From NCBI GenBank assembly GCA_022821495.1, contig JAJEDN010000043.1:2524-66523 (forward strand): a stretch of 64,000 bases of DNA, written 5' to 3'. Position numbers and translations under genes: made by a program. Numbering within the stretch: the stretch's first letter is position 1; every line of letters begins with the position of its first letter. This stretch comes from Candidatus Poribacteria bacterium. Lineage in GTDB: Bacteria; Poribacteria; WGA-4E; WGA-3G. Of the stretch, positions 35,666 through 44,512 are shown in pieces. The notes beneath the pieces are model-generated. The model ran no database searches and was not told the origin of the DNA. It worked only from the letters and a program-made list of their open reading frames with translations.

Positions 35666-35790
35666 GCGACAATCTATAAAGTGCATCCGAAAATGTGTAT
35701 AAACAGCGTTACCACACAATACTGTGAACGAATTTGTGCAATCCGTAATTCAGATAACAGACAACTGCTAACTGAATGCCTCAACCCAAA

Positions 35791-35819
35791 TTGACAAGCA
35801 ATCGATAATGTGCTAAACT
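35791..35819 (+). promoter_or_regulatory. sigma70-like promoter TTGACA-N17-TAAACT
   Basis: Read directly from the sequence. It overlaps the ORF-track start at 35810, which argues for the downstream TTG 35867 start. Confidence 0.5.
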
Positions 35820-35866
35820 ATTCATCACTTGTAGTTGTTGCGATTTCTGATACAACGGAGGAGCAC

Positions 35867-36985
35867 TTGAACCGCGATCATGCAGAAGTCATTATTATCG
35901 GCGGGGGAATTATCGGATGTGCAATCGCTTACAATCTTACCAAACGCGGCGTGAAACCGCTGCTGATTGACACAGCACCTACCGTCGGCACAGAAGCCTC
36001 TTGGGCTGGGGCGGGGATTCTGACCTCACACGCCTCAACCCATGAACCGTATCCAACACTCTGTCGCGCGAGCCTTGCTCTTTATCCAACGTTAGCAGAA
36101 GAACTGCGGGCAGAGACTCAGATAGATATTGAATTCATCCAGTCCGGTACGCTGTCCGTGTTTTTCAACGAAGCTGAAGCTGCAGGGTTAATCGGACTCG
36201 CAGACCGACGCGTAAAACGCGGTTTTTCAGCGGAAGTCTTGACAGCTGAACAAGCGTGGCAGTTAGAACCTGCTCTCTCAAAATCTATTGCTGGGGCAGT
36301 GTTGTTTCCTGAGGACGCACAGGTGCGCAACCCGAAAATGGTGACCGCGCTGGCGAAGGGTGCTGCGAAACTCGGGGCAAAATTCCGATTAGGCAACCCT
36401 GTTACGAACTTCATCCGAGATAGTGCATCTGAGGACGCGCGCGTCACAGGTGCCGTCGTGAACGGCGAAACCTTGTACGCCGACACCTTCGTGATTGCCG
36501 CTGGGTGCTGGGCGGGTGCATTGACTGCCCAACTTGATGTGCCAATACAGATTGAACCTGCGAAAGGACAGATCGTGCTCGTTGAAGCGATGCCGCCGCC
36601 TTTTCAGCACATTGTTGATGGATTGGGTATCTACGTTGTACCGAGAGCGGACGGCAAAATTCTGCTCGGGGCAACTGTGGAATACGTCGGCTATGATAAA
36701 ACCGCTACCATAGATGGCGCGAAGCAGATGATTGACGCGGGCATAGCCATCGCACCCCAACTTGCGCACAGTACTTTTGTCCAAACGTGGGCAGGTTTAC
36801 GTCCTTACGCCAAAAAGGGGCCCCTGCTCGGTTATCTGCCCGGGTATGATAACGTCGTCTTGGCATCTGGACACTTCAAAAACGGCATTCTTCTCGCGCC
36901 AATCACAGGGCAGCTTGTTGCTGAACTGATTACGAGTGGGCAGCCTGCGTTGCCATTAGAACCGTTTCAGCCCCGAGTGATGTAA
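35867..36985 (+). CDS. FAD-dependent glycine/D-amino-acid oxidase family protein (ThiO-like)
   Basis: TTG 35867 follows GGAGGAG. VIIIGGGIIGCAIAY, and GHFKNGILLAPITG near the C-terminus. Confidence 0.65.
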   Translation: MNRDHAEVIIIGGGIIGCAIAYNLTKRGVKPLLIDTAPTVGTEASWAGAGILTSHASTHEPYPTLCRASLALYPTLAEELRAETQIDIEFIQSGTLSVFFNEAEAAGLIGLADRRVKRGFSAEVLTAEQAWQLEPALSKSIAGAVLFPEDAQVRNPKMVTALAKGAAKLGAKFRLGNPVTNFIRDSASEDARVTGAVVNGETLYADTFVIAAGCWAGALTAQLDVPIQIEPAKGQIVLVEAMPPPFQHIVDGLGIYVVPRADGKILLGATVEYVGYDKTATIDGAKQMIDAGIAIAPQLAHSTFVQTWAGLRPYAKKGPLLGYLPGYDNVVLASGHFKNGILLAPITGQLVAELITSGQPALPLEPFQPRVM

Positions 36986-37436
36986 GGAAAATCACAGTTA
37001 AAACATCAAAATAGATTTTTTTTAATTTTAAATGAATTGTTTCAAAATGTATGGGTTTAACGCTTAAGAGTTTTTTTACAACCCGAAAAGGGCACCCAAT
37101 ATTGCCCTTATCTGATGACTAACCTAATAGGAGGGTTACAGTAATGTATCGAAGTGTTTTGTGTTTAACAACGACACCGTCCCACACTTGGGCGGATGGT
37201 AAGAGTGTATGGAATAGCGGTAGTAGAGGGAATAATAGGGATTGCGCTTTAGGAGAGCGCACCTCAAGAAAGGCACGGGCATCTAAAACAGCCGACGTGC
37301 ACCGTTGTTGGACTACGACTCGATTATGGAGAAGGCACAGACCAAGGAGCGAACAAGCAGGCGTCTTTCTATACCCCGGAATGGAAGGAGGGTTACGCGC
37401 CTTCGCTTGAAACGCTCCTCGTTTGAGGAGACAAGC

Positions 37437-38027
37437 ATGATACACACTGACGAGCAGTTGATGCTCTCTGTGAAGGATGGAAACAGAGACGCATTCCGAG
37501 TTTTGACCGAACGACATTATACAAACACTTTAAACTTTATCTATCGGTTTGTCAAAAATCGAACGCTTGCGGAAGACCTCTGTCAGGAAACGTTCTTACG
37601 GTTATGGCGATGCGTCCCGTCGTACCGCCCTATTGCTAAATTCAGAACATTTCTTTATCACATCGCCAAGAATGTCTGTTTGAAACAGTTAGCGAAAGAA
37701 CAGAGGAACCCTCAGGTTGAATCATTGGATACACATTATGGAGACAATGATGAATACTCTCCACCAATTGCTGTTGCTATAGCGGATACACGTTATTCCC
37801 CGGAGGGACTGATCATTGCCAAAGAGACTTATGAAGCGATTCAGACTGCAATCGCTAAGTTATCGAAGGAACATCAAGTCGTGTTCCGATTGACAGAAGT
37901 TCAGGGTATGTCGTATCAGGAGGTCGCGACCCTCCTTGAATGCCCGATTGGAACGGTTGCCTCGCGAAAAAACGCCGCGATTCAACAACTCCGGAAATTT
38001 TTAGCACCCTATAGAGCAAACTTATAA
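37437..38027 (+). CDS. ECF-type sigma-70 family RNA polymerase sigma factor
   Basis: ATG 37437 follows GAGGAG. Region 2 (FRVLTERHYTNTLNFIYRFV...AEDLCQETFLRLW) and region 4 (VFRLTEVQGMSYQEVATLLECPIGTVASR). Confidence 0.8.
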   Translation: MIHTDEQLMLSVKDGNRDAFRVLTERHYTNTLNFIYRFVKNRTLAEDLCQETFLRLWRCVPSYRPIAKFRTFLYHIAKNVCLKQLAKEQRNPQVESLDTHYGDNDEYSPPIAVAIADTRYSPEGLIIAKETYEAIQTAIAKLSKEHQVVFRLTEVQGMSYQEVATLLECPIGTVASRKNAAIQQLRKFLAPYRANL

Positions 38028-38065
38028 TATTGAAGTCTTTAGACTTCGGATAGCCAAGCCGTTTT

Positions 38066-38103
38066 GCACTCTGGCGCGTAACTCCGCGTCAGAGTGCTTT
38101 TTT
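38066..38103 (+). terminator. rho-independent terminator
   Basis: GCACTCTGGCGCG-TAACTC-CGCGTCAGAGTGC followed by TTTTTT. Confidence 0.7.
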
Positions 38104-38120
38104 AGGAGACAAAGACTTTC

Positions 38121-38542
38121 ATGAAACCACATATCACCATTATTACACTTGGCGTTGAAGACCTACAACGTGCTATTGATTTTTACCAGAACGGATTAGG
38201 TTTGCCTCAAAAAGATGAATCAGAGAGTATCGCATTTTTTGACATGAGTGGAACGCTACTCGCTCTCTATCCGAGAGAAAAACTGGCTGAAGATATTACT
38301 ATTCCACCCCAAGGTAACGGTTTCCCGGGTTTTACACTTGCCCATAATGTCAATTCTCCAGAGGAAGTAGATCGTACGCTCGCAGAAGCAGTTGCAGCAG
38401 GAGCTGAACTTGTTAAACCGGGACAAGATGCGTTCTGGGGGGTTATTCAGGCTATTTCAAGGATCCTGACGGTTTTTATTGCGAAGTTGCGCATAACCCA
38501 TTCCTACAATTCAGTAGACAAACCGAAGTGTTTGATGTATAA
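38121..38542 (+). pseudogene. VOC (glyoxalase/bleomycin-resistance) family gene interrupted by a frameshift in a G6 run
   Basis: The frame-0 product turns to nonsense after FWG at the G-run 38437..38442. The other frame, from 38444, reads YSGYFKDPDGFYCEVAHNPFLQF... to TAA 38540..38542, which is the canonical VOC C-terminus. Confidence 0.6.
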
Positions 38543-38613
38543 TGCAACTTAGATTAAGGAAATGATTCGCCTTTTTCTTTTCAGATTTTAAGCGAACGGA
38601 AGGAATTGAGGCA

Positions 38614-39333
38614 ATGCAGACCTCACACACCAATGTCAAAGCACTCACTTTCGATGTCTTCGGCACAGTGGTAGATTGGTACAGTTCAATTGTCATCGAA
38701 GGCGAAAAATTTGGAAACACGCATAGCATTGATATTGATTGGGCGCAATTCGCCTTGAAATGGCGTGCCGGATATGGACCTGCGATGGATAAAGTCCGGC
38801 GAGGTGAGTTGCCGTGGCAGAATATTGATGCACTGCATCGGCTTATTTTAGATAATCTTCTTGCCGAATTTAAAATCGTCGGCTTAAGTGAAACTCATAA
38901 AGATCATCTGAATCGGGTTTGGCATCGACTTAAACCGTGGCCCGACGCTGTCAATGGTTTAGCACGGCTCCGTAAACGGTATATCGTCGCAACACTCTCT
39001 AATGGCAACATTGCTTTGTTGACGAACATGGCGAAATTTGCGGGGCTGCCCTGGGATTGCATCCTGTCTGCAGAATTAACACAGCATTACAAACCGGATC
39101 CCGAAGTATATCAGACTGCTGCCGCCCTGCTCGGTTTATCTCCGAATGAAGTTATGATGGTCGCCGCGCACCCGGGCGATCTTCGTGCCTCACAGGCTGT
39201 CGGTTTCCAGACAGCATTGGTGCCGCGTCCTCTGGAATATGGACCTGACAACGTCCGAGAAGTAACTGCACACGCTTCCGACCTTGTCGCCGGTGATTTT
39301 AATGAATTGGCGGATCTGTTGGGTGTAAAATAA
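38614..39333 (+). CDS. haloacid dehalogenase type II (HAD superfamily)
   Basis: LTFDVFGTVVDW (nucleophile Asp), TLSNGN, and the K..P...Y and AAHPGDL motifs. Confidence 0.75.
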   Translation: MQTSHTNVKALTFDVFGTVVDWYSSIVIEGEKFGNTHSIDIDWAQFALKWRAGYGPAMDKVRRGELPWQNIDALHRLILDNLLAEFKIVGLSETHKDHLNRVWHRLKPWPDAVNGLARLRKRYIVATLSNGNIALLTNMAKFAGLPWDCILSAELTQHYKPDPEVYQTAAALLGLSPNEVMMVAAHPGDLRASQAVGFQTALVPRPLEYGPDNVREVTAHASDLVAGDFNELADLLGVK

Positions 39334-39378
39334 AAAAAGACGTTTGAATCACAAAAAACAGGAGTTATAGAATACGTT

Positions 39379-40398
39379 ATGGATAAAATCCGAATCGCTT
39401 TTATCGGTTGTGGACCTATGTCTACTCAATTGCAACAGTGCATCCCGATGGTGCCAGAATTTGAATTTGTTGCCACTTGCGATCTCGTTGAAGAGAAAGC
39501 AGCATCGAACGCTCGAAGGTTTGGCGCGCTTCGTCATTACACCGATTACAACGAGATGTTCAAAAATGAAAACCTCTACGCAGTGGCTATCGTGGGCAGA
39601 CCGGAGGATAAACTGCATCGTGACATCGGTATCGAGTGTCTCAAACAAGGTTATCACATCTACACCGAAAAACCGCCCGCGACCACTGCTGAAGGCGCGA
39701 AGATGTTGGTCGATGCATCGGTTGAGACTGGCAAAACGGGCATGGTCGGCACCATGTGGCGACATGCTCCGGCACATCAGATCGCTAAGCAGTTGATGGA
39801 CGAAGAGACGTTCGGTGAAGCTTGTCAATATCATACCCGATACCTCGCACCGGGACCGCGACTGCAGGAAGCAGGATCGCCTTTTGCGTGGCCCTTCATG
39901 CTCGATCAGGTGATTCATCCGACCGATTGTATGCGTTTCTTTATGGGGCAAGTCAGCGAAGTCTACGCGACAGGCGCAGTTGACGCAGCATCCAGTAGCG
40001 TCTCAATCTCTGTGAATCTGCGTTACGAGAACGGGGGCATGGGTACAATGACGCTCGGCACGGGTCCGGTTTTAGAAGCACTGGTTTTCGTCAAAGGCAC
40101 CGGTAATCAAGCGATTCAAGTGTTGGAAACACGCCAATTGCGCCTTTATCGTAATCCGACATGGCTCGGCTTCGGTGGCGGCTATGCGGATACACCGACT
40201 GAAGAGTGGGATCTCAACACTGCATACCACGGTATTGGCAGACCGGGTTACCTCGAAGAGATGCAGCATTGGGCACAGTCCTTAAAAGCAGGGACACAGC
40301 CACACGCCAGCCTCGAAGACGCCTACCAGAACATGCGTGTTTTAGAAGCAATTAGCCGTAGCGTTGAGACAAGAGAAGTCGTTCAAATTCCTGTGTAA
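39379..40398 (+). CDS. Gfo/Idh/MocA family oxidoreductase
   Basis: MDKIRIAFIGCGPMS Rossmann start and the YTEKPPA motif. Confidence 0.75.
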   Translation: MDKIRIAFIGCGPMSTQLQQCIPMVPEFEFVATCDLVEEKAASNARRFGALRHYTDYNEMFKNENLYAVAIVGRPEDKLHRDIGIECLKQGYHIYTEKPPATTAEGAKMLVDASVETGKTGMVGTMWRHAPAHQIAKQLMDEETFGEACQYHTRYLAPGPRLQEAGSPFAWPFMLDQVIHPTDCMRFFMGQVSEVYATGAVDAASSSVSISVNLRYENGGMGTMTLGTGPVLEALVFVKGTGNQAIQVLETRQLRLYRNPTWLGFGGGYADTPTEEWDLNTAYHGIGRPGYLEEMQHWAQSLKAGTQPHASLEDAYQNMRVLEAISRSVETREVVQIPV

Positions 40399-40431
40399 CC
40401 TGTAGAATAGATAAAAATATAAGAAACCACA

Positions 40432-41325
40432 ATGGACTGGTCACCGCGTGTAAAACCTATCAAAATCCGCCGACTTTACCGATACACTCGACTCGGCATC
40501 TATGACGATTTATTGTTACACGATGTCGGTTGGGAACTTTATGCGCGCTGTATGGATATTGCTACAGTTGCCGATGTTTATCGAGAAGGACGGGTGCCGT
40601 GTCCAAAGTGTAGCACGAAGATAACGCGACGGATTGACCCACTCTTTAGTACCGGTGAAGGCGGGACGCACGAGCATTGGTTTCGCTGTACACACTGCGA
40701 CGAACGGTTGCTCTGGCAAGATTGTCGTCAAGCCCTTCGTAACACGCCGCGATGCTTTGAATGTCGTGAGGTTTTGCAAAAAGCAGACGCATTAGCGTGT
40801 ACCTGTGGTAAAACTTGGTCTCAGGAATCCTATAATCAGTCTGTGAGAACCCGTGTCCGCCTACCCTGTCCACACTGTCTTAACCCCGTTCGTAGACCTG
40901 CGGTCCCTAAAATTCGGGCTACCAGAGGTCGAAAATCTAAGCCTGAATTGCAATGCCCCAAGTGCCAAGCGGTGGCACTCCACCAGCACGGCAATATCGA
41001 GTGTACAGTCTGCGGTTACAAACGTCGCTGGCGAGATTACCGCAAGCATCTAAAAAAGAAGGATGAAAAACTCGAATGTCCGGATTGCGGATATACTTTC
41101 AGATGGCAGGCGTGGCGTAAAAGTGTCCGTTCATTGAGAACTGGCAATCCGAGACCGGCGCGCGACTTCATTAAAAAATGGCTCAGGTGCTACACGCCGC
41201 AACAGCGTATGATACAGATTGATATGCTGCTTCAAACTTTACACGGCAGAGGCCCCTTAGCACCACTGTTTATTGATAGTGGTGAACACAATATCCGCCA
41301 GATGCTTGACGATCTGGCATCATGA
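40432..41325 (+). CDS. hypothetical multi-zinc-ribbon protein
   Basis: Seven CxxC pairs (CPKC, CTHC, CFEC, CPHC, CPKC, CTVC, CPDC) plus one CxC pair (CTC), with a basic composition. No family recognised. Confidence 0.5.
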   Translation: MDWSPRVKPIKIRRLYRYTRLGIYDDLLLHDVGWELYARCMDIATVADVYREGRVPCPKCSTKITRRIDPLFSTGEGGTHEHWFRCTHCDERLLWQDCRQALRNTPRCFECREVLQKADALACTCGKTWSQESYNQSVRTRVRLPCPHCLNPVRRPAVPKIRATRGRKSKPELQCPKCQAVALHQHGNIECTVCGYKRRWRDYRKHLKKKDEKLECPDCGYTFRWQAWRKSVRSLRTGNPRPARDFIKKWLRCYTPQQRMIQIDMLLQTLHGRGPLAPLFIDSGEHNIRQMLDDLAS

Positions 41326-41377
41326 TTTGAACGAGCTCTAATTGCTAACCGAAAATTGACGATTCAGGAGGAAGACT

Positions 41378-42136
41378 ATGAAAACTCTGTTTTTTATAAC
41401 CTTCGCTATCGGTTTGGTAATACCTAACACACTTTGGGCGAAAAACTTGGCACTCGAATTGGATGGCAAAACGGCTATTGAAGTCCCAAACAGTGACAGC
41501 TTGAACCCCAAAACTGCTATAACGATAGAAGCGTGGATGAACATGAGCAAGCCTGTTGGCGAATGCCTTGCAAAGGATTGGGGTGGCCAACGGGATTACA
41601 TCTTTCCAGAGATCGTCCAAAATGGAAACGGATTACGGTTTGTCCTCTGGCCCGGCACAAAAATCCTTGATGTCCCCGGATTGAAGCCGAACGAATGGCA
41701 GCATGTCGCTGGCGTCTGGGACGGTAAAGAGATGCGGACATATATTGATGGCGAAGAAAAGGGTGCCGCACCCTTTGAAGCTAAGGAATTAGCAGCGACT
41801 GCCGCTTCGCTGTATATCGGTGTCGGTGATAGCCAAAATTGGTTCTGTACGGGTGCCATTGATGAAGTCCGTATTTGGGAAGTCGCTCGAACCGAAGATG
41901 AACTCAATGAATTCATGATGAAAGTGCTCAACGGTGATGAGAAGGGCTTGAACGCACATTATACTTTTGATGCCGGTGATGCCAACGACAATACCAAAAA
42001 CGGAAACGATGGCAAGGGTGGGTTCGGAAAACCGAATTATATTGATGTAACCAATGACCTGGATCTCGAACCACTTGCTGTTGATCCGGGAGATAAGTTG
42101 ACCACAACGTGGGCGTGGGTGAAGCGGACCCGATAA
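41378..42136 (+). CDS. secreted LamG domain protein
   Basis: AGGAGG RBS and signal peptide. LELDGKTAIEVPNSDSLNP...ITIEAWM...GAIDEVRIWEVAR. Tail is KLTTTWAWVKRTR. Confidence 0.7.
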   Translation: MKTLFFITFAIGLVIPNTLWAKNLALELDGKTAIEVPNSDSLNPKTAITIEAWMNMSKPVGECLAKDWGGQRDYIFPEIVQNGNGLRFVLWPGTKILDVPGLKPNEWQHVAGVWDGKEMRTYIDGEEKGAAPFEAKELAATAASLYIGVGDSQNWFCTGAIDEVRIWEVARTEDELNEFMMKVLNGDEKGLNAHYTFDAGDANDNTKNGNDGKGGFGKPNYIDVTNDLDLEPLAVDPGDKLTTTWAWVKRTR

Positions 42137-42143
42137 CCAGTTT

Positions 42144-42286
42144 CGGAATATATTGCGAGTCCCCTGATAAGGGGCGGTGAATGCCCATAAGGCATTCATA
42201 CCGTTGATTCTGATTCTTTAGGGGATTTCTTGTCCGAATATATTATTGCAAGTCCCCCTGATAAGGGGGGTTTAGGGGGTTTCTTG
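42144..42286. repeat. cluster of short direct repeats, each carrying a CCCC(C)TGATAAGGGG(G) hairpin, plus a 21-nt palindrome
   Basis: CGGAATATATTGCGAGTCCCCTGATAAGGGG (42144..42174) versus CCGAATATATTATTGCAAGTCCCCCTGATAAGGGGG (42234..42270). TTTAGGGGATTTCTTG (42217..42232) versus TTTAGGGGGTTTCTTG (42271..42286). Palindrome TGAATGCCCATAAGGCATTCA at 42178..42198. Confidence 0.6.
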
Positions 42287-42287
42287 A

Positions 42288-43109
42288 TTGCATCAACTTT
42301 CAGATGAGATTCTTTCGTTCTATAGACAGACGCAAGAGTCGAAAAGACTGACAAAGGATGTTCGCGGACAGATAGAATTTATACGGACCCAAGAGATCAT
42401 CACACGCTATCTACCCGAACCGCCAGCAGTGGTTTTGGACATCGGTGGTGGTTCAGGTCCCTACGCCTGTTGGTTGGCAAATGCGGGTTATGAAGCCCAC
42501 CTCGTGGATCCTGTGGATTTACATATTCAACAGGCGAAAGCAGCCTCGGATCAACAACCAGAACATCCGATCGCCAGTATATCACTCGGCGACGCGCGGG
42601 CACTCCGTTTTTCGTCAGCCTCTGCGGACGCTGTTCTGCTATTGGGACCGCTCTATCATCTCATTGATAAAAGTGAACGATTGCTTGCACTCAGTGAGGC
42701 ATATCGTGTATTACGAAACGGTGGTGTTATGGTTGCCGCCGGTATCTCACGCTTTGCGTCTATGTTCAACAGTTTTTTTGAGGGGCGATTTACGGATCCT
42801 GTTCATAGAGACATCGTTCAAAACGACCTTGAAACGGGTTACCATCGCAACCTGACCAAAGACCATAAGTTCTTCACAGATGCCTATCTTCACCGTCCTG
42901 AAGAACTTCGCTCTGAGTTAGTCGAAGCAGGTTTTCAGCATCAGGCGACGCTTGCTGTGCAAGGTCCAGTCTGGCTCTTTGAGTCGGTTAAAAATTATTG
43001 GTCAGATCCTGACCAGCGTGCCACTGCTTTGGATCTCATTCGGAAGGTTGAAGCAGAACCTTCGATACTCGGCGTGAGTGCGCATATCCTTGCGATAGGG
43101 ACCAAATAA
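42288..43109 (+). CDS. class I SAM-dependent methyltransferase
   Basis: VLDIGGGSGPYACWLANAGYEAHLVDP motif I. The start codon (TTG 42288) is uncertain. Confidence 0.7.
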   Translation: MHQLSDEILSFYRQTQESKRLTKDVRGQIEFIRTQEIITRYLPEPPAVVLDIGGGSGPYACWLANAGYEAHLVDPVDLHIQQAKAASDQQPEHPIASISLGDARALRFSSASADAVLLLGPLYHLIDKSERLLALSEAYRVLRNGGVMVAAGISRFASMFNSFFEGRFTDPVHRDIVQNDLETGYHRNLTKDHKFFTDAYLHRPEELRSELVEAGFQHQATLAVQGPVWLFESVKNYWSDPDQRATALDLIRKVEAEPSILGVSAHILAIGTK

Positions 43110-43121
43110 AGGGGACTGATA

Positions 43122-43946
43122 ATGCCTGAAGGTCAAGTGGTTCAAAAGACGGAAACCCTCGCCACAGTAGAATCACTGCAGGCGGATTTTAAAGCACTCG
43201 GTATTGAAAAGGGGATGGTCTTACTCGTCCATTCGTCCTTGAGCGCGATGGGATGGGTCTGCGGTGGTGCCGTTGCTGTCATCATTGCGCTGCAGGAGGT
43301 CTTGGGAGAAACTGGCACCTTGGTGATGCCGACCCACTCAACCGATCTCAGCGATCCGAGCCAATGGCAGAACCCACCTGTGCCTGAATCCTGGTGGCAG
43401 ACAATACGCGAGACGATGCCTGCCTATGAGCCTGACTTAACGCCTACCCGTTCGATGGGGAAAATTGCCGAAACCTTCCGAAAACAGAACGATGTTCTCC
43501 GTAGTGCTCATCCACTGCACTCATTTTGTGCAAAGGGACCTCAAGCATCATATATCATAGATAACCATTCTTTGGCTTATGGTATGGGCGAGAATTCGCC
43601 GCTCGCCAGAATCTACGATTTACACGGTTCTGTCCTGCTCCTCGGTGTTGGGCATTCAAGTAATACTTCCATACATCTCGCAGAATACCGATCAGATTTT
43701 CCGAGCAAACGCGTCGTCCAAGAAGGTGCCCCGATCTCACAAGCGGATTCAAGGTCATGGACCACCTTTGAAAATATTGACGTAAACGATTCAGATTTTG
43801 ATCGCCTCGGCGAAGATTTTCTGCGTTCTGATGCGGGCAAGGTAGTTCAGCGTGGTAAGGTCGGTATAGCGGATTGTCAACGCATGCTACAGCCCGCTGT
43901 TGTTGACTTCGCTGTTGATTGGTTTGAGGAAAATAGGGAGAAATAA
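43122..43946 (+). CDS. AAC(3)-family aminoglycoside N3-acetyltransferase-like protein
   Basis: LLVHSSLSAMGWVCGGAVAVIIALQEVLGETGTLVMPTHS and ...LLLGVGHSSNTSIHLAE match the Antibiotic_NAT pattern. Confidence 0.7.
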   Translation: MPEGQVVQKTETLATVESLQADFKALGIEKGMVLLVHSSLSAMGWVCGGAVAVIIALQEVLGETGTLVMPTHSTDLSDPSQWQNPPVPESWWQTIRETMPAYEPDLTPTRSMGKIAETFRKQNDVLRSAHPLHSFCAKGPQASYIIDNHSLAYGMGENSPLARIYDLHGSVLLLGVGHSSNTSIHLAEYRSDFPSKRVVQEGAPISQADSRSWTTFENIDVNDSDFDRLGEDFLRSDAGKVVQRGKVGIADCQRMLQPAVVDFAVDWFEENREK

Positions 43947-43998
43947 ATTGGAGCGCATAGGTTTAAGGGACCGCTAATCGCCAATAGTTGTTAAAAAA

Positions 43999-44028
43999 TT
44001 GAATTTTTCATTTCGTATGTGTTATATT
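43999..44028 (+). promoter_or_regulatory. sigma70-like promoter TTGAAT-N18-TATATT
   Basis: Read directly from the sequence, ~45 nt upstream of ATG 44075. Confidence 0.45.
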
Positions 44029-44074
44029 ATAAATATTCAAAGTTGCGACCCAAATAAGACGAAAAAGGCGATCT

Positions 44075-44494
44075 ATGGAAGAAAAACGGGGATCCTTATT
44101 TACTGTCCGAGACGCGGAAAGTGCAATCGTTACCTATACAGTATTAGGACTTCTTTACATTATTGGGATATGTCTCCACGAACTTATCACCGGATGGAAC
44201 GGTCTGCTGGAGATGTTAAGAAAGTTAGACACAATGTCCCCGGTGTTTAATCGAACAGCAATTGCGTTCATCGTCTTTAAAGAAGGAGCAGATATCATGT
44301 TAAGACGTTTTAACGAGTGGCGTGCTGAACATGCACAAAGCCTTGAAAAAGCTAAAGAGCAAGGTATTGAACAGGGGCGGACAGAAGCGTACCAAGCCAT
44401 TGCCGCTTGGAATAAACGCAGACTCGCAGCCGAGGCGAAAGGCATCCCTTTTAATGAACCGCCCCCGTCACAGAACGGAGACCAGCACGGATAA
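44075..44494 (+). CDS. hypothetical protein (one predicted TM helix, helical C-terminus)
   Basis: ORF with an upstream promoter-like element. No family recognised. Confidence 0.4.
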   Translation: MEEKRGSLFTVRDAESAIVTYTVLGLLYIIGICLHELITGWNGLLEMLRKLDTMSPVFNRTAIAFIVFKEGADIMLRRFNEWRAEHAQSLEKAKEQGIEQGRTEAYQAIAAWNKRRLAAEAKGIPFNEPPPSQNGDQHG

Positions 44495-44512
44495 ATACAA
44501 GGAGAAAGTCAG

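Noticed and set aside
37144-37410. 88-aa ORF behind an AGGAGG upstream of the second ECF sigma, considered as a possible anti-sigma or regulator.
   Set aside because: The product is highly basic and low-complexity, with no TM helix and no zinc-finger anti-sigma motif, and it lies upstream of the sigma gene, not downstream. It is kept only as a note in the finding on that region.
39349-39951. 200-aa minus-strand ORF.
   Set aside because: Fully antisense to the Gfo/Idh/MocA gene (clear Rossmann N-terminus on the plus strand). The product is Cys/His/Arg-rich nonsense.
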